DNA of 64,000 nt. Origin: Candidatus Latescibacterota bacterium (lineage in GTDB: Bacteria; Latescibacterota; UBA2968). Under the pieces are notes generated by a model that did not search any database, had not been told where the DNA came from, and saw nothing but the letters and a program-made list of their open reading frames with translations. Positions 18,721 to 28,725 of the stretch are shown piece after piece; position 1 is the stretch's first letter; every line of letters starts with the position of its first letter. A program made the translations under genes and the position numbers. Location of the stretch: the NCBI GenBank assembly GCA_965116885.1, contig OZ220741.1, positions 2,176,001 to 2,240,000 of the forward strand, in the 5' to 3' direction.

Positions 18721-19392
18721 TCAGGGTGAATCAAATTTGTAGCCGACACCGCGCACTGTGGTAATGGCTTTGCCCGATTCACCGAGTTTGGAGCGCAGGC
18801 GGCGAATGTGGACGTCAACGGTGCGCATGCCGCCGTAATAGTCATAGCCCCAGATGCTGTCGAGGAGGTCCGATCGGGTAAATACGCGAGCCTCGTGGGT
18901 GACCAGATGTTTGAGTAGTTCGTATTCTTTGAGTGTGAGTTCGACAACGCTGCCCTTGACGCGCACTTCATAGCGCGCCATATTGATGACGAGGTCGTCT
19001 ATTTTGAGGGTGTGATCGTCGGGGGGATGGTCGTCGTTCCAAAGAGCCAGGCGCAGGCGCGCTTCGAACTCGCGCAGGCTATAGGGTTTGATGACAAAAT
19101 CTGAAATGCCGAGTGAAAAATCGAGGTTGAGTGCGGTCATTTCATCGGTGATGACGAGCAGGGTGCTGTCGGTGGCAGGACGTTGTTGTTGAAGGTGTGC
19201 AATGGCCTGTGCGAGGCGATCGAGGGAGGATTCGGGGTCAATGATGGTCAAATCAATGCCGTTGGCGGGTATGGGAGGCAAATTGCTCCGTCCGCTCAGG
19301 ATCACGTGTTCAACTTGATGCCCGATGTATTCGAGGTCTGATTTAAGACGCGCGCCGTAGGCTTCGTCTGCGAGAAGAAGAATAGTTGCCAT
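18721..19392 (-). CDS. Orphan OmpR-family response regulator, GlnR-like
   Basis: Winged helix LTLKEYELL...WGYDYYGGMRTVDVHIRRLRSKLG; divergent receiver domain; no kinase nearby. Confidence 0.85.
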   Translation of the reverse strand: MATILLLADEAYGARLKSDLEYIGHQVEHVILSGRSNLPPIPANGIDLTIIDPESSLDRLAQAIAHLQQQRPATDSTLLVITDEMTALNLDFSLGISDFVIKPYSLREFEARLRLALWNDDHPPDDHTLKIDDLVINMARYEVRVKGSVVELTLKEYELLKHLVTHEARVFTRSDLLDSIWGYDYYGGMRTVDVHIRRLRSKLGESGKAITTVRGVGYKFDSP

Positions 19393-19421
19393 TGGAGACG
19401 AGATTGGGAATAAGGGAGGAA

Positions 19422-19510
19422 CTGATATTACGCATTTTAATGCGCCCGTGTGTAATATCAGCACTGAAAACTGAAAGCCGAAAATTAGTGGCCTCATGGC
19501 ATTTTGTCAA
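19422..19510 (-). promoter_or_regulatory. Promoter of the regulator gene plus 5'-UTR inverted repeat
   Basis: Minus-strand TTGACA-N17-TAATTT (19510-19482); CTGATATTAC...GTAATATCAG inverted repeat at 19422-19461. Confidence 0.6.
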
Positions 19511-19591
19511 GGTGTATCTAAGAATACGGGCGCAGGCGTTGACAAAACACTTTTATCACTTTTTTTCAAAAAATCGTCTCAGGAGCACATT

Positions 19592-21229
19592 ATGTCTTCT
19601 CCTCATGCAATTGCTCATCCCGCTTTCAGGCCGTCCATTATGGGCAGAAATGGCGTGGTCACATCGGGACACCATCTCGCTTCTCAAGCAGGTATTCAGG
19701 TTATGATGGCGGGTGGCAATGCCATTGATGCGGCTATTGCCACGGCCGCTGCGCTCGGCGTGGTTGAACCACAATCTTCAGGCGCAGGCGGCGATGGTTT
19801 TATTTTAATTTACTCGGCTAAGACGGGCACAGTATCTGCCATTAATGCCACTGGTGCAGCCCCAACGGGTGCGACCCGAGAATTTTATCTCCAACGCGGT
19901 GGTATCCCGATGAAGGGTATTCTGAGCGTTTCCATCCCCGGTCTGGTTGACGGCTGGCTCGTTGCTCACGAGCACTTTGGCACGCGCCCGCTCGAAGATA
20001 TTTTTGCGCCGGCAATCGCCTTTTGCGAAGAGGGCTTTCCGCTCAGTCACAAATTGGCGAATAGTTTGCGGGGGGAAACAAAACGTTTTGCATCCGATCC
20101 ATATACGCGAGCGGTTTTCACAAATGATGGTCAGCCCCTCAGTGCCGGGGATATTGTCTATCAGAAGGATCTGGGTAAGACCTTGAGGAAAATCGCCGCA
20201 GAGGGGCGCGACGCCTATCGCACGGGTGAAATAGCCCGGGATCTCGTTGCATTTAGCCAGTCGCGAGGTGGGTTGCTTACCGAAGCCGATTTGAAAAACC
20301 ATCGCGCTCGCATTGGCGATCCCATTGCCGTGACTTACAAAGGTTATACTGTGTACGAAGCACCGCCCAATTCGAGTGGGCATATTTTACTTCAAGAACT
20401 CAATATTGTCGAAAATTTTGATCTTCAGGCGCTGGGTTGCAATACTGCCGAGAGTATCCACCTTATGGTCGAGGCGAAAAAACTCGCTTTTGCAGACCGA
20501 GAAAAATACATGGCTGATCCAGATTGGGTCGATGTGCCAATTGATGGATTGCTCTCGAAAGATTATGCAAAAGAACGCGCTTCGTGTATCGACCTTGAAC
20601 GCGCTGCTATCCATGTCCCGCCCGGTATCCCGGAATCGGTTGAGGATACTACATGTTTTTGCGTGGCTGACGGCGAGGGCAATGCGGTTTGTCAATTGCA
20701 GAGTATTCAATCTGGCTGGGGATCAAGTCTTATTGCGGGAGATACGGGTATTCTTCTCAATAACCGTATGACGTACTGGCATCTGGAAAAAGATCATCCC
20801 AATTGTCTGATGCCCGGTAAACGAGTTCGCCATACCATGAATCCCGTTATTGTCGCGAAAGACGGTAAACCCGTTCTGATATGCGGCACGCCGGGTGCAG
20901 ATACACAGGTACAGACCAATTTGCAACTGGTGACACATATTCTGGAATTTGGCATGACGCCTCAAGAGGCCGTTGAAGCCCCCCGCTGGCGTTCTCTACA
21001 AAATCCCATGGAATCCACGGTTCCCCATACGTGCGAAGATGTGCTTCAACTCGAAAGCCGTTTTCCTACAATCCAGTGCGAAGCTCTGGCTCGGAAAGGT
21101 CACGACCTTCGCATTCTCTCAGAGTGGGGTGGGCCGGGAAATGCACAGGCTATTCAGATCAATCCCGAGACCGGTGCCCTGATGGGCGGTTCAGATCCCA
21201 GGCGAGACGGATATGCCATTGCTTTTTAA
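19592..21229 (+). CDS. ggt: Gamma-glutamyltransferase
   Basis: GGNAIDAAIA, GAGGDGF, PPNSSG, KLAFADR, DTT nucleophile, PGKRVRHT, GGSDPRRDG. Start reset after AGGAG. Confidence 0.92.
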   Translation: MSSPHAIAHPAFRPSIMGRNGVVTSGHHLASQAGIQVMMAGGNAIDAAIATAAALGVVEPQSSGAGGDGFILIYSAKTGTVSAINATGAAPTGATREFYLQRGGIPMKGILSVSIPGLVDGWLVAHEHFGTRPLEDIFAPAIAFCEEGFPLSHKLANSLRGETKRFASDPYTRAVFTNDGQPLSAGDIVYQKDLGKTLRKIAAEGRDAYRTGEIARDLVAFSQSRGGLLTEADLKNHRARIGDPIAVTYKGYTVYEAPPNSSGHILLQELNIVENFDLQALGCNTAESIHLMVEAKKLAFADREKYMADPDWVDVPIDGLLSKDYAKERASCIDLERAAIHVPPGIPESVEDTTCFCVADGEGNAVCQLQSIQSGWGSSLIAGDTGILLNNRMTYWHLEKDHPNCLMPGKRVRHTMNPVIVAKDGKPVLICGTPGADTQVQTNLQLVTHILEFGMTPQEAVEAPRWRSLQNPMESTVPHTCEDVLQLESRFPTIQCEALARKGHDLRILSEWGGPGNAQAIQINPETGALMGGSDPRRDGYAIAF

Positions 21230-21241
21230 GAAGGAAAAACT

Positions 21242-22420
21242 ATGAAAATCAAAGAGATTCGCGCGGTTGCCGTCAATATTTCTCCCGATCAAAAAACAGA
21301 ACCTCGCGTCCCAAAGCTGCCCACAGATGGTTTTATCAGTCCTATGGCGCGATATCCCGAATTTAAAAGATCGGGGTGGAATCCAAATTGGACTCGCACG
21401 GCTTGTGTCGTGACGGCGCAAGATGGCACCTGGGGGGTGGGTTTTACCAATCACAGTGGGCCAGTGCTCAGTATTATCAACGATCACTTTGCCCCTTTGC
21501 TCGAAGGACAAAATTGCATGGCGACCGAGAAGCTTTGGGATATGATGCGCCGCGCTTCTTCGCCTTATCATACGGCGGGTTTGTCCAGCTATGCCATCAG
21601 TGCTGTGGATAATGCCCTGTGGGACTTAAAGGGAAAAATTTTGCAGCGTCCTGTTTACGAGCTTTTGGGTGGTCCGCAAAAAGACAAAATTTTCTGTTAT
21701 GCCAGCAATACAGATATATCTTATGGTACGGAAAATAGTATTGAATGGTTTCTCGAATTGGGGTTCAAGGCGGTCAAGCTCTTTGCGCGATATGGACCGG
21801 AGTCCGGTATTGAGGGGATAAATAAGACTGAAGAGTTGGTTGCCAAAACGCGCGAGCAGATCGGCGATGATGTCGAACTCATGCTCGATGCTTGGATGTC
21901 GCTCAATGTCGAGTACACGGTTCGTCTCGTCGAAGCATTAAAACCATATCGCCTCAAGTGGCTTGAAGATTACGTGTTGCCCGAAGATATGGAAAGCTAT
22001 ACAAAGGTGCGTCAACGCGTCCCCGGGCAAATTCTCGCAACGGGCGAACACTGGTACACCATCCATCCCTTTGCCACAGCCGCGAGTCAGGGGCTTGTCG
22101 ATATTTTGCAGCCCGATATTCAGTGGGCAGGTGGTGTGACGGCCTTGATGCGGATATGCCATATTGCCGAGGCGCATGGGCTAACGGTTATCAGCCACGC
22201 GGGCATGAATTACCCCTATGGTCAGCACCTTTCTTATGCTATGCCAGCGATACAGTGGGGCGAACGTTCCGAAGGGGTATCGCCTCCGGGCGTTCCGCTC
22301 GAAGAACGCGTCGCGCTGCCGGGAACTCCTGTGATTAAAGACGGTTATCTCATTCCGAGCAATGCCCCCGGCTTTGGTCTTGAAATTACTAAGGACTGGT
22401 TGGAGCAAAAGGTTGTATAA
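21242..22420 (+). CDS. Mandelate racemase/enolase superfamily acid-sugar dehydratase (L-rhamnonate dehydratase-like)
   Basis: AISAVDNALWDLKGK, PVYELLGG, MLDAW/LED/GEH metal ligands, QPDI, PGFG. Confidence 0.85.
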   Translation: MKIKEIRAVAVNISPDQKTEPRVPKLPTDGFISPMARYPEFKRSGWNPNWTRTACVVTAQDGTWGVGFTNHSGPVLSIINDHFAPLLEGQNCMATEKLWDMMRRASSPYHTAGLSSYAISAVDNALWDLKGKILQRPVYELLGGPQKDKIFCYASNTDISYGTENSIEWFLELGFKAVKLFARYGPESGIEGINKTEELVAKTREQIGDDVELMLDAWMSLNVEYTVRLVEALKPYRLKWLEDYVLPEDMESYTKVRQRVPGQILATGEHWYTIHPFATAASQGLVDILQPDIQWAGGVTALMRICHIAEAHGLTVISHAGMNYPYGQHLSYAMPAIQWGERSEGVSPPGVPLEERVALPGTPVIKDGYLIPSNAPGFGLEITKDWLEQKVV

Positions 22421-22434
22421 CTATTGGAGACGAT

Positions 22435-22980
22435 ATGGCGCAAGAGTGGAAACACTTGCTCAAGTTTCGCTGCACTCGCTGTGGAAATTGCTGTCGAGAC
22501 CCCATTGTTCTGGTTACTGACGAAGATGTGCGCCGCATTGTTGAGGGCACAGATCAGGCGGCTTGTGATGTTGTCGATTTTTATAAGCCGAGTGAGATTG
22601 AATGGGGCGAAGACCAGCCGGGCTGGATACGTTTGAAGTCTGGCCAGCGCATTATGGGATTGCGTAGAACTGAGAGCGGATGCCAATATTTGGGTGGAGA
22701 CGATTTGTGTACTATCTACGATTATCGCCCGGTGACTTGTCGAAGGTATCCATTTGATCTCGAGTTTGACGAAGAAGGCGATATCGAGTTGCTCAGCATT
22801 AGCCAATCTACCGATTGTCCGTATGAACTTGATGGGTACAATCCGTTGGGCGAAATTAAGGCTATTGCAAAGTGGGAGACGTGGGAAGAAGAACCCTATT
22901 ATGCCAGACTTAAAGCGTGGAACGCGCGCAAAGAGATGGGCGGGAGAAAGACATTTCTCAAATTTATTGGGTTGGGGTGA
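22435..22980 (+). CDS. YkgJ-family cysteine-cluster (Zn/Fe-chelating) protein
   Basis: CTRCGNCC...CQYL...CTIYDYRPVTCRRYPF. Confidence 0.88.
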   Translation: MAQEWKHLLKFRCTRCGNCCRDPIVLVTDEDVRRIVEGTDQAACDVVDFYKPSEIEWGEDQPGWIRLKSGQRIMGLRRTESGCQYLGGDDLCTIYDYRPVTCRRYPFDLEFDEEGDIELLSISQSTDCPYELDGYNPLGEIKAIAKWETWEEEPYYARLKAWNARKEMGGRKTFLKFIGLG

Positions 22981-22986
22981 AATGGT

Positions 22987-23033
22987 CTGGATCAGGATGA
23001 ACAGGATGATGGTTTGGTAGGATTAGCAGGATG
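22987..23033 (+). repeat. Short degenerate (C/T)AGGAT repeats in the intergenic gap
   Basis: ggatCAGGATgaaCAGGATg...TAGGATtagCAGGATg. Confidence 0.5.
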
Positions 23034-23053
23034 GGTAAGGGAGAAGATAGTCT

Positions 23054-23914
23054 ATGAATCACAACATTTTTGATCGTGCTGAAGAATTTATCTATAACAA
23101 TGCGCGGTTGCTCGAGCGGCAGTTGTTTGCCTATCATTTCAAAGGGGGTTCGCGGGAGCATGTGCTCACAGCACTTCGCGCCTATCAAAATGAAGATGGC
23201 GGATTTGGACATGCCCTTGAACCGGATATTCGCTGTCCAGAAAGTCAACCCGTGCCGGTGCAGCACGCGCTTGAGTTTCTCGATGCCGTGGGTTTTGATG
23301 CCGAGATGGTGCAGCGCGCCTGCGATTATCTGATGACGATTGCGACGCCCGAAGGCGGTGTTCCGTGGTTGTTGCCTTCTGCACATCGCTATCCGCGAGC
23401 ATCATGGTGGAATACAGTTGAAGATCCACCGGCGTCTTTGAATCCAACGGCTGCAATTGCTGGTTTGTTACACAAGAATCGCGTTCGACATGCGTGGGTA
23501 GATCGCGCGACCGCGTACTGCTGGTCAAAGATAGCCGATTTGCAACCTGTGGAAATGCACGAGATGGGTGTGGTGCTGACTTTTCTCTATTATGTGCCGG
23601 ACCGGGCGCGCGCAGAGCGCGAAATTGAGCGTCTGATCGGTGGGATGTTTTCTGCAGGTCTCATCGCCGATGCAAATGCCACGGGCTATGTCCGCAAACC
23701 GCTCGATTGGGCGAATACGCCCGATCATCCGCTTCGCAAGCACTTTCGGGAAGAGGATGTTGCGGCAAATCTCGATGCAATTGTTGCAGGACAACAAGCA
23801 GATGGTGGGTGGAATATTACCTGGCAAGCCGTGAGTCCGGGTTGCGAACTCGAATGGCGTGGCTGGGTGACTTTGGGAACATTGCTGACGCTGCGGGCGA
23901 ATGGGCGGTTGTAA
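23054..23914 (+). CDS. Prenyltransferase/squalene-cyclase repeat-like alpha-toroid protein
   Basis: YQNEDGGFGHALEPD and QQADGGW motifs. Confidence 0.75.
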   Translation: MNHNIFDRAEEFIYNNARLLERQLFAYHFKGGSREHVLTALRAYQNEDGGFGHALEPDIRCPESQPVPVQHALEFLDAVGFDAEMVQRACDYLMTIATPEGGVPWLLPSAHRYPRASWWNTVEDPPASLNPTAAIAGLLHKNRVRHAWVDRATAYCWSKIADLQPVEMHEMGVVLTFLYYVPDRARAEREIERLIGGMFSAGLIADANATGYVRKPLDWANTPDHPLRKHFREEDVAANLDAIVAGQQADGGWNITWQAVSPGCELEWRGWVTLGTLLTLRANGRL

Positions 23915-23931
23915 TTGTACAGAGAGTTATC

Positions 23932-24681
23932 ATGTTGATTGCTAAGATAGAAGGACACTACCACTTTCTCAAGGGTATTGACCCTTACTCTTGCGGCGTT
24001 ATTGCCGATCCCGGCTGGGAGATTGTTCATGTAACACTGGAACAGGCGCTACCCTGGCGGCAGGGGTTTGATCGGGTTGAGGCGCATTTGCAGGAGGTCG
24101 GGCGAGATCGACAGGCATTGTGCGGCATGGAGTTGCGTTCGCCTGCGCCTTTTACTATGGCGGGGTTTATCGCTTTCAATCGGGGTTATTGTCAGGTGCT
24201 CAAGGCATGGGACCTGTACGTGGGAGAGTTGAATCCAGTAGCTCGCACCAATGTGGCACCGCTGTTCGATCCGCCGGGGGAACCGGTGCTGCACGCATTT
24301 TCCTATACGGTGCCGGCAGCGACTGATACACCCCGGACTCTGGTGATCGCCGGGGCAGGGGAATTGCGCGAGGGGATATTATTGGAGCAGGGGATTGTCC
24401 GCAGTGGGGATACCAGTGCAGAAGCGATGCGGGAGAAGGTTGGTTATGTGGTGGATGTAATGGTCGAGCGATTGTTTGGTCTGGGTGGGGCATGGGAGAT
24501 GATCAATGCGGTGGATGTGTACACGGTGCATTCTCTGGACGGGTTGGTAGAGGATATTTTGTTCAATCGCATTGGGCCAGTCCGACGGCACGGTTTCCGC
24601 TGGCACTTTACCCGGCCGCCAGTGGTCGATATTGAATTTGAGATGGATATGCGCGGGGTGCGTCGAGATCTGGTGATATAA
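23932..24681 (+). CDS. CnbZ-like (2-amino-5-chloromuconate deaminase-like) Rid-fold protein
   Basis: PYSCGV, CGMELRSPAPFT, NPVARTNVAP, RPPVVDIEFEMD. Start reset to 23932. Confidence 0.7.
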   Translation: MLIAKIEGHYHFLKGIDPYSCGVIADPGWEIVHVTLEQALPWRQGFDRVEAHLQEVGRDRQALCGMELRSPAPFTMAGFIAFNRGYCQVLKAWDLYVGELNPVARTNVAPLFDPPGEPVLHAFSYTVPAATDTPRTLVIAGAGELREGILLEQGIVRSGDTSAEAMREKVGYVVDVMVERLFGLGGAWEMINAVDVYTVHSLDGLVEDILFNRIGPVRRHGFRWHFTRPPVVDIEFEMDMRGVRRDLVI

Positions 24682-24729
24682 GATCATGGGCAGAGATGGG
24701 GTGGGCTGATTGCGAAATAATATTTTTTC

Positions 24730-24759
24730 TTGACATATTCCACTGAGATTGCGTAAGTT
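24730..24759 (+). promoter_or_regulatory. Sigma70-like promoter of the ilv/leu operon
   Basis: TTGACA-N18-TAAGTT. Confidence 0.55.
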
Positions 24760-24805
24760 ATTCAATCTAAAATACATTATTACTTCTTTTCCCAAGTCTT
24801 CTATT

Positions 24806-25019
24806 ATGCGCTCAATTTCTACATTGGCGATTTCCACAATGCGAGACGGTGTACACCGTTCTTTGCGCCTTTCTATTGCAGGGCGAGTTCTGATCGTTCT
24901 GCACCTTCTCCTGCTCGTGAGCCTTTTTCTATCTATTATCATTCATTAGTTTCAGGCTCTTTCCCCAACTCTTGCGACAGCACCTATAAAAGGACAGAGC
25001 CTGTGATTTACTCATAGGT
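24806..25019 (+). promoter_or_regulatory. Branched-chain amino acid leader peptide and attenuator
   Basis: Leader from ATG 24806 or 24839 to TAG 24949, ending VLIVLHLLLLVSLFLSIIIH; alternative stems GAGCCT/AGGCTC, CAGGCTCT/AGAGCCTG, CCTGTGA/TCATAGG. Confidence 0.7.
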
Positions 25020-25051
25020 CGTTGTCACTTCATGTATTCGGGAAATGTTTA

Positions 25052-25543
25052 ATGACTCAAAAACACACGATAAGTGCCCTGGTCGAAAATCATTTTGGCG
25101 TTCTGTGCCGCGTTGCGGGCCTTTTTTCCAGTCGCGGATTCAATATCGATAGTCTGTCCGTTGGCGAGACAGAAGACCCGAGTATTTCGCGCATGACTAT
25201 TGTCGTCGGTGGTGACGATAGCGTGCTCGAGCAAGTGGTCAAGCAATTGGATCGCCTTATTGATGTCATTCGCGTGATCGATATTACACAGGGCGCATTT
25301 GTCGAACGCGAACTCATGTTGATCAAGGTCAAAGCCGATACAACAACGCGTGCAGAAATTATCCAAATTGCCGAAGTATTTCGCTCAAATATCGTCGATG
25401 TATGTCCCAGATCGATGACCATAGAGGTTACGGGCAAAAATGATAAGATTCAGGCTATCATTGGCATGCTCAGTTCTTTTGGCATCGAAGAAATCGCGCG
25501 CACAGGCACGGTTGCTCTGTTGCGAGATTCCGCTACGCAATAA
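25052..25543 (+). CDS. ilvN: Acetolactate synthase small (regulatory) subunit
   Basis: [46 protein letters not shown]. Confidence 0.95.
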   Translation: MTQKHTISALVENHFGVLCRVAGLFSSRGFNIDSLSVGETEDPSISRMTIVVGGDDSVLEQVVKQLDRLIDVIRVIDITQGAFVERELMLIKVKADTTTRAEIIQIAEVFRSNIVDVCPRSMTIEVTGKNDKIQAIIGMLSSFGIEEIARTGTVALLRDSATQ

Positions 25544-25550
25544 GGAGGTG

Positions 25551-25676
25551 ATGCAGATGGATCCCGATCTCGGTGATCTTACTGAAGAACTCGCTCTCGT
25601 TTGGCAGATGGGGAAAGACCGCCAGAGCGTTCCATCTGCCCATTTCCACTTTGATTCTGGCATGTTTAAGGGATAA
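25551..25676 (+). CDS. 41-aa small ORF between ilvN and leuA
   Basis: AAGGAGGTG SD directly before ATG 25551 (in-frame ATG also at 25557); stops 2 nt before the leuA ATG. Confidence 0.4.
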   Translation: MQMDPDLGDLTEELALVWQMGKDRQSVPSAHFHFDSGMFKG

Positions 25677-25678
25677 CA

Positions 25679-27235
25679 ATGTCAAACGTTAAAAACAAAG
25701 ACCGCGTCATTATTTTTGATACCACTTTGAGAGACGCGGAACAGACGCCGGGGGCTTCACTCGCGTTGCGCGAAAAAGTTGAAATTGCCCATCAACTCGC
25801 ACGGCTCAATGTCGATGTTATCGAGGCCGGATTTCCCATATCGTCCGATCAGGACTACAATGCCGTGCGGCGTATCGCACACGAGGTCGAAGGTCCTGTT
25901 ATTTGCGGTCTGTCTCGCGCAATCTTCCAAGATATTGACCGCGCAGGTGAAGCTCTGAAAGACGCGCCAAAGCCGCGCATACACACGTTTATTGGGACAT
26001 CGCCGCTCCATATTTCTATGGTGGGCAAAACGCCCGATCAAGTTCTGCAAATGGCTGTTGATGCGGTTGCACGAGCGAGATCGCATTGCGAGGATGTGGA
26101 ATTTTCACCGATGGATGCTGCGCGTACAGAGCCGCAATATCTGCTCGATGTGATCGAAGCTACTATTGAGGCGGGTGCGACAACGATCAATATTCCCGAT
26201 ACTGTGGGCTATGCCGTTCCCGGTCAGTTTGGCCGTATTATTCGCAATATTTGCGAGAAAGTGCCCAATGTCGATCGGGCTATTATCAGTGTCCACTGCC
26301 ACGACGATTTGGGCATGGCGACGATCAATGCTCTCGAAGCACTCAGAAATGGCGCGCGTCAGGTCGAATGCACCATCAACGGATTGGGTGAACGCGCAGG
26401 CAATACCTCGCTTGAAGAAGTGGTCATGGCCGTCAAAACGCGCGGGGATTATTTCGATCTCTATACGGATATCAAAACGCGCGAAATCGTAAACACAAGC
26501 CGTCTGGTCAGCCGCCTCATGGGTATTGTGGTTCCGCCCAATAAACCTATTGTGGGAGCCAATGCCTTTGCACATAGTTCGGGTATCCATCAAGACGGGG
26601 TGCTCAAAGACCGCGAAAATTTCGAAATTATCGATCCCAGATCTGTGGGATGGGAAGAATCGAGCATTGTGCTCACGGCGCGTTCTGGACGCCACGCATT
26701 GCGCCATCGCCTGGAAGAACTCGGTTATAATCTCAATCAGGATGAATTAAATATTGCTTATGAGCGCTTTGTCAAAGTTGCCGACAAGAAGAAGGAAGTT
26801 TATGACGAAGACCTCATGGCTATTGTGGAAGATGAAATTCGAGATTTTCCCATGCGGTTCGTGTTGGACTATTTGCATACTGTGAGCGGTACTGGCACGG
26901 TTCCCTCTGCGACGGTTCGCATTGGTATTGACGGTAAAAACCACGTTCAGGAGTCAGCCTGGGGTGATGGGCCGGTAGATGCGACGTATCAGGCGATTAA
27001 GAAAGCCACGGACAATACGAATACAAAAGTGGAAGACTATACTATCCGCGGCGTTACCGGGGGGGCCGAAGCGATGGGAGAAGTCACGGTCAATGTGTCG
27101 TGCAATGGACGCATAGTCAGGGGACGCGGTGTTTCAACCGATATTATCGAAGCCAGTGCCAAGGCTTTTCTCGATGCGCTCAATCGCCTGGCCATTCAGC
27201 AAGACAATCACAAGGAGCGAGAACCAACCGTTTAG
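25679..27235 (+). CDS. leuA: 2-isopropylmalate synthase
   Basis: FDTTLRDAEQTPG, HCHDDLG, GLGERAGN, HSSGIHQDG, C-terminal regulatory domain GDGPVDA. Confidence 0.95.
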   Translation: MSNVKNKDRVIIFDTTLRDAEQTPGASLALREKVEIAHQLARLNVDVIEAGFPISSDQDYNAVRRIAHEVEGPVICGLSRAIFQDIDRAGEALKDAPKPRIHTFIGTSPLHISMVGKTPDQVLQMAVDAVARARSHCEDVEFSPMDAARTEPQYLLDVIEATIEAGATTINIPDTVGYAVPGQFGRIIRNICEKVPNVDRAIISVHCHDDLGMATINALEALRNGARQVECTINGLGERAGNTSLEEVVMAVKTRGDYFDLYTDIKTREIVNTSRLVSRLMGIVVPPNKPIVGANAFAHSSGIHQDGVLKDRENFEIIDPRSVGWEESSIVLTARSGRHALRHRLEELGYNLNQDELNIAYERFVKVADKKKEVYDEDLMAIVEDEIRDFPMRFVLDYLHTVSGTGTVPSATVRIGIDGKNHVQESAWGDGPVDATYQAIKKATDNTNTKVEDYTIRGVTGGAEAMGEVTVNVSCNGRIVRGRGVSTDIIEASAKAFLDALNRLAIQQDNHKEREPTV

Positions 27236-27284
27236 TATCCGCAGATGGACGCAGATGGATAGACACTGTTGTGTTTATCTGTGG
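27236..27284 (+). repeat. CGCAGAT short-repeat element
   Basis: TATCCGCAGATGGACGCAGATGGA, same family as the copies at 14857 and 61750. Confidence 0.6.
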
Positions 27285-27314
27285 TTTCAAAGGGTTTTAA
27301 GAATAGAGGCATAA

Positions 27315-28712
27315 ATGGGTCAAAGTTTATTTCACAAAGTTTGGGACGCGCATGCGGTGCGAACGCTGCCATCGGGGCAAACGCAGTTGTTTATCGGCCT
27401 GCATCTCGTTCACGAGGTTACCAGTCCGCAGGCTTTTGATATGCTCAGAGAGCGCGGTCTCACTATTGCGTATCCAGAACGCACATTTGCCACGGTTGAT
27501 CATATTGTACCTACAAGCGATGTTGCCCGTCCATTTGCCGACGGTATGGCCGAGGACATGATGATCGCCATCGAAGAAAATGCCCGACAGTTCGGCCTTT
27601 CTTTTTTTGGTCTGGACGACGAGCGTCAGGGTATTGTCCACGTCATTGGTCCCGAACTGGGTCTGACACAGCCGGGCATGACCATTGCCTGCGGCGATAG
27701 CCACACTTCAACGCATGGAGCTTATGGTGCCATTGCATTTGGCATCGGCACCTCGCAGGTGCGCGATGTGCTCGCTACGCAGTGTCTGGCGATGGATCCT
27801 CTCAAAGTGCGCCGTATTGAAGTATCCGGCACGCTGGGCAATGGGGTTTACGCCAAAGATGTTATTCTCAACATTATCCGCAATCTCGGTGTAAAAGGCG
27901 GTACGGGTTATGCTTACGAATATGCCGGATCCGCTATTGAAGCTATGGATATGGAAGCGCGCATGTCGGTGTGCAATATGTCGATTGAAGGCGGTGCGCG
28001 CGCGGGGTATGTGAATCCCGATCAGACGACTTATGACTATCTGAGGGGACGCACTTATGCACCTTCGGGCGAAGCCTTTGATCGCGCGGTTTCCTGGTGG
28101 CGTTCTATGGCTTCCGATGCCGATGCCGATTACGACGATGTTTATCATCTCGATGGCTCTGCCCTTGAGCCTACCGTGACCTGGGGTATTACACCGGGGC
28201 AGGCACTCTTTGTATCAGAAAAAGTGCCGGCTTTGACGGATCTGCCTGACGATGAGCGCGATGTTGCAGCCGAAGCGTATGATTATATGGACTTAAAGCC
28301 GGGTACGGCTATATCTGGTATGCCTATTGACGTGGCTTTTGTGGGGTCGTGTACCAACAGCCGTATCTCTGACCTCAGAGAAGCTGCCAGAGTTGTCGAG
28401 GGCCACAAGGTGGCCGGTGGCGTCAAAGCGCTGGTTGTGCCGGGGTCCAAATCCGTTCTCAAGACAGCCGAAGCAGAAGGCTTGCACCACATTTTTGAAG
28501 ATGCGGGCTTTGAATGGCGTGGGGCCGGGTGTTCGATGTGTTTGGCTATGAATCCCGACAAATTGCAGGGACGCGAAGTGTGCGCGTCTTCGAGTAATCG
28601 CAATTTCAAAGGGCGTCAGGGAAGCCCCACGGGACGTACCCTCTTGATGAGTCCCGCAATGGTTGCAGCCGCGGCTATCGCCGGTGAGGTTATTGACGTA
28701 CGCGCGATGTAA
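27315..28712 (+). CDS. leuC: 3-isopropylmalate dehydratase large subunit
   Basis: [46 protein letters not shown]. Confidence 0.96.
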   Translation: MGQSLFHKVWDAHAVRTLPSGQTQLFIGLHLVHEVTSPQAFDMLRERGLTIAYPERTFATVDHIVPTSDVARPFADGMAEDMMIAIEENARQFGLSFFGLDDERQGIVHVIGPELGLTQPGMTIACGDSHTSTHGAYGAIAFGIGTSQVRDVLATQCLAMDPLKVRRIEVSGTLGNGVYAKDVILNIIRNLGVKGGTGYAYEYAGSAIEAMDMEARMSVCNMSIEGGARAGYVNPDQTTYDYLRGRTYAPSGEAFDRAVSWWRSMASDADADYDDVYHLDGSALEPTVTWGITPGQALFVSEKVPALTDLPDDERDVAAEAYDYMDLKPGTAISGMPIDVAFVGSCTNSRISDLREAARVVEGHKVAGGVKALVVPGSKSVLKTAEAEGLHHIFEDAGFEWRGAGCSMCLAMNPDKLQGREVCASSSNRNFKGRQGSPTGRTLLMSPAMVAAAAIAGEVIDVRAM

Positions 28713-28725
28713 AGGAAGGTTATTT

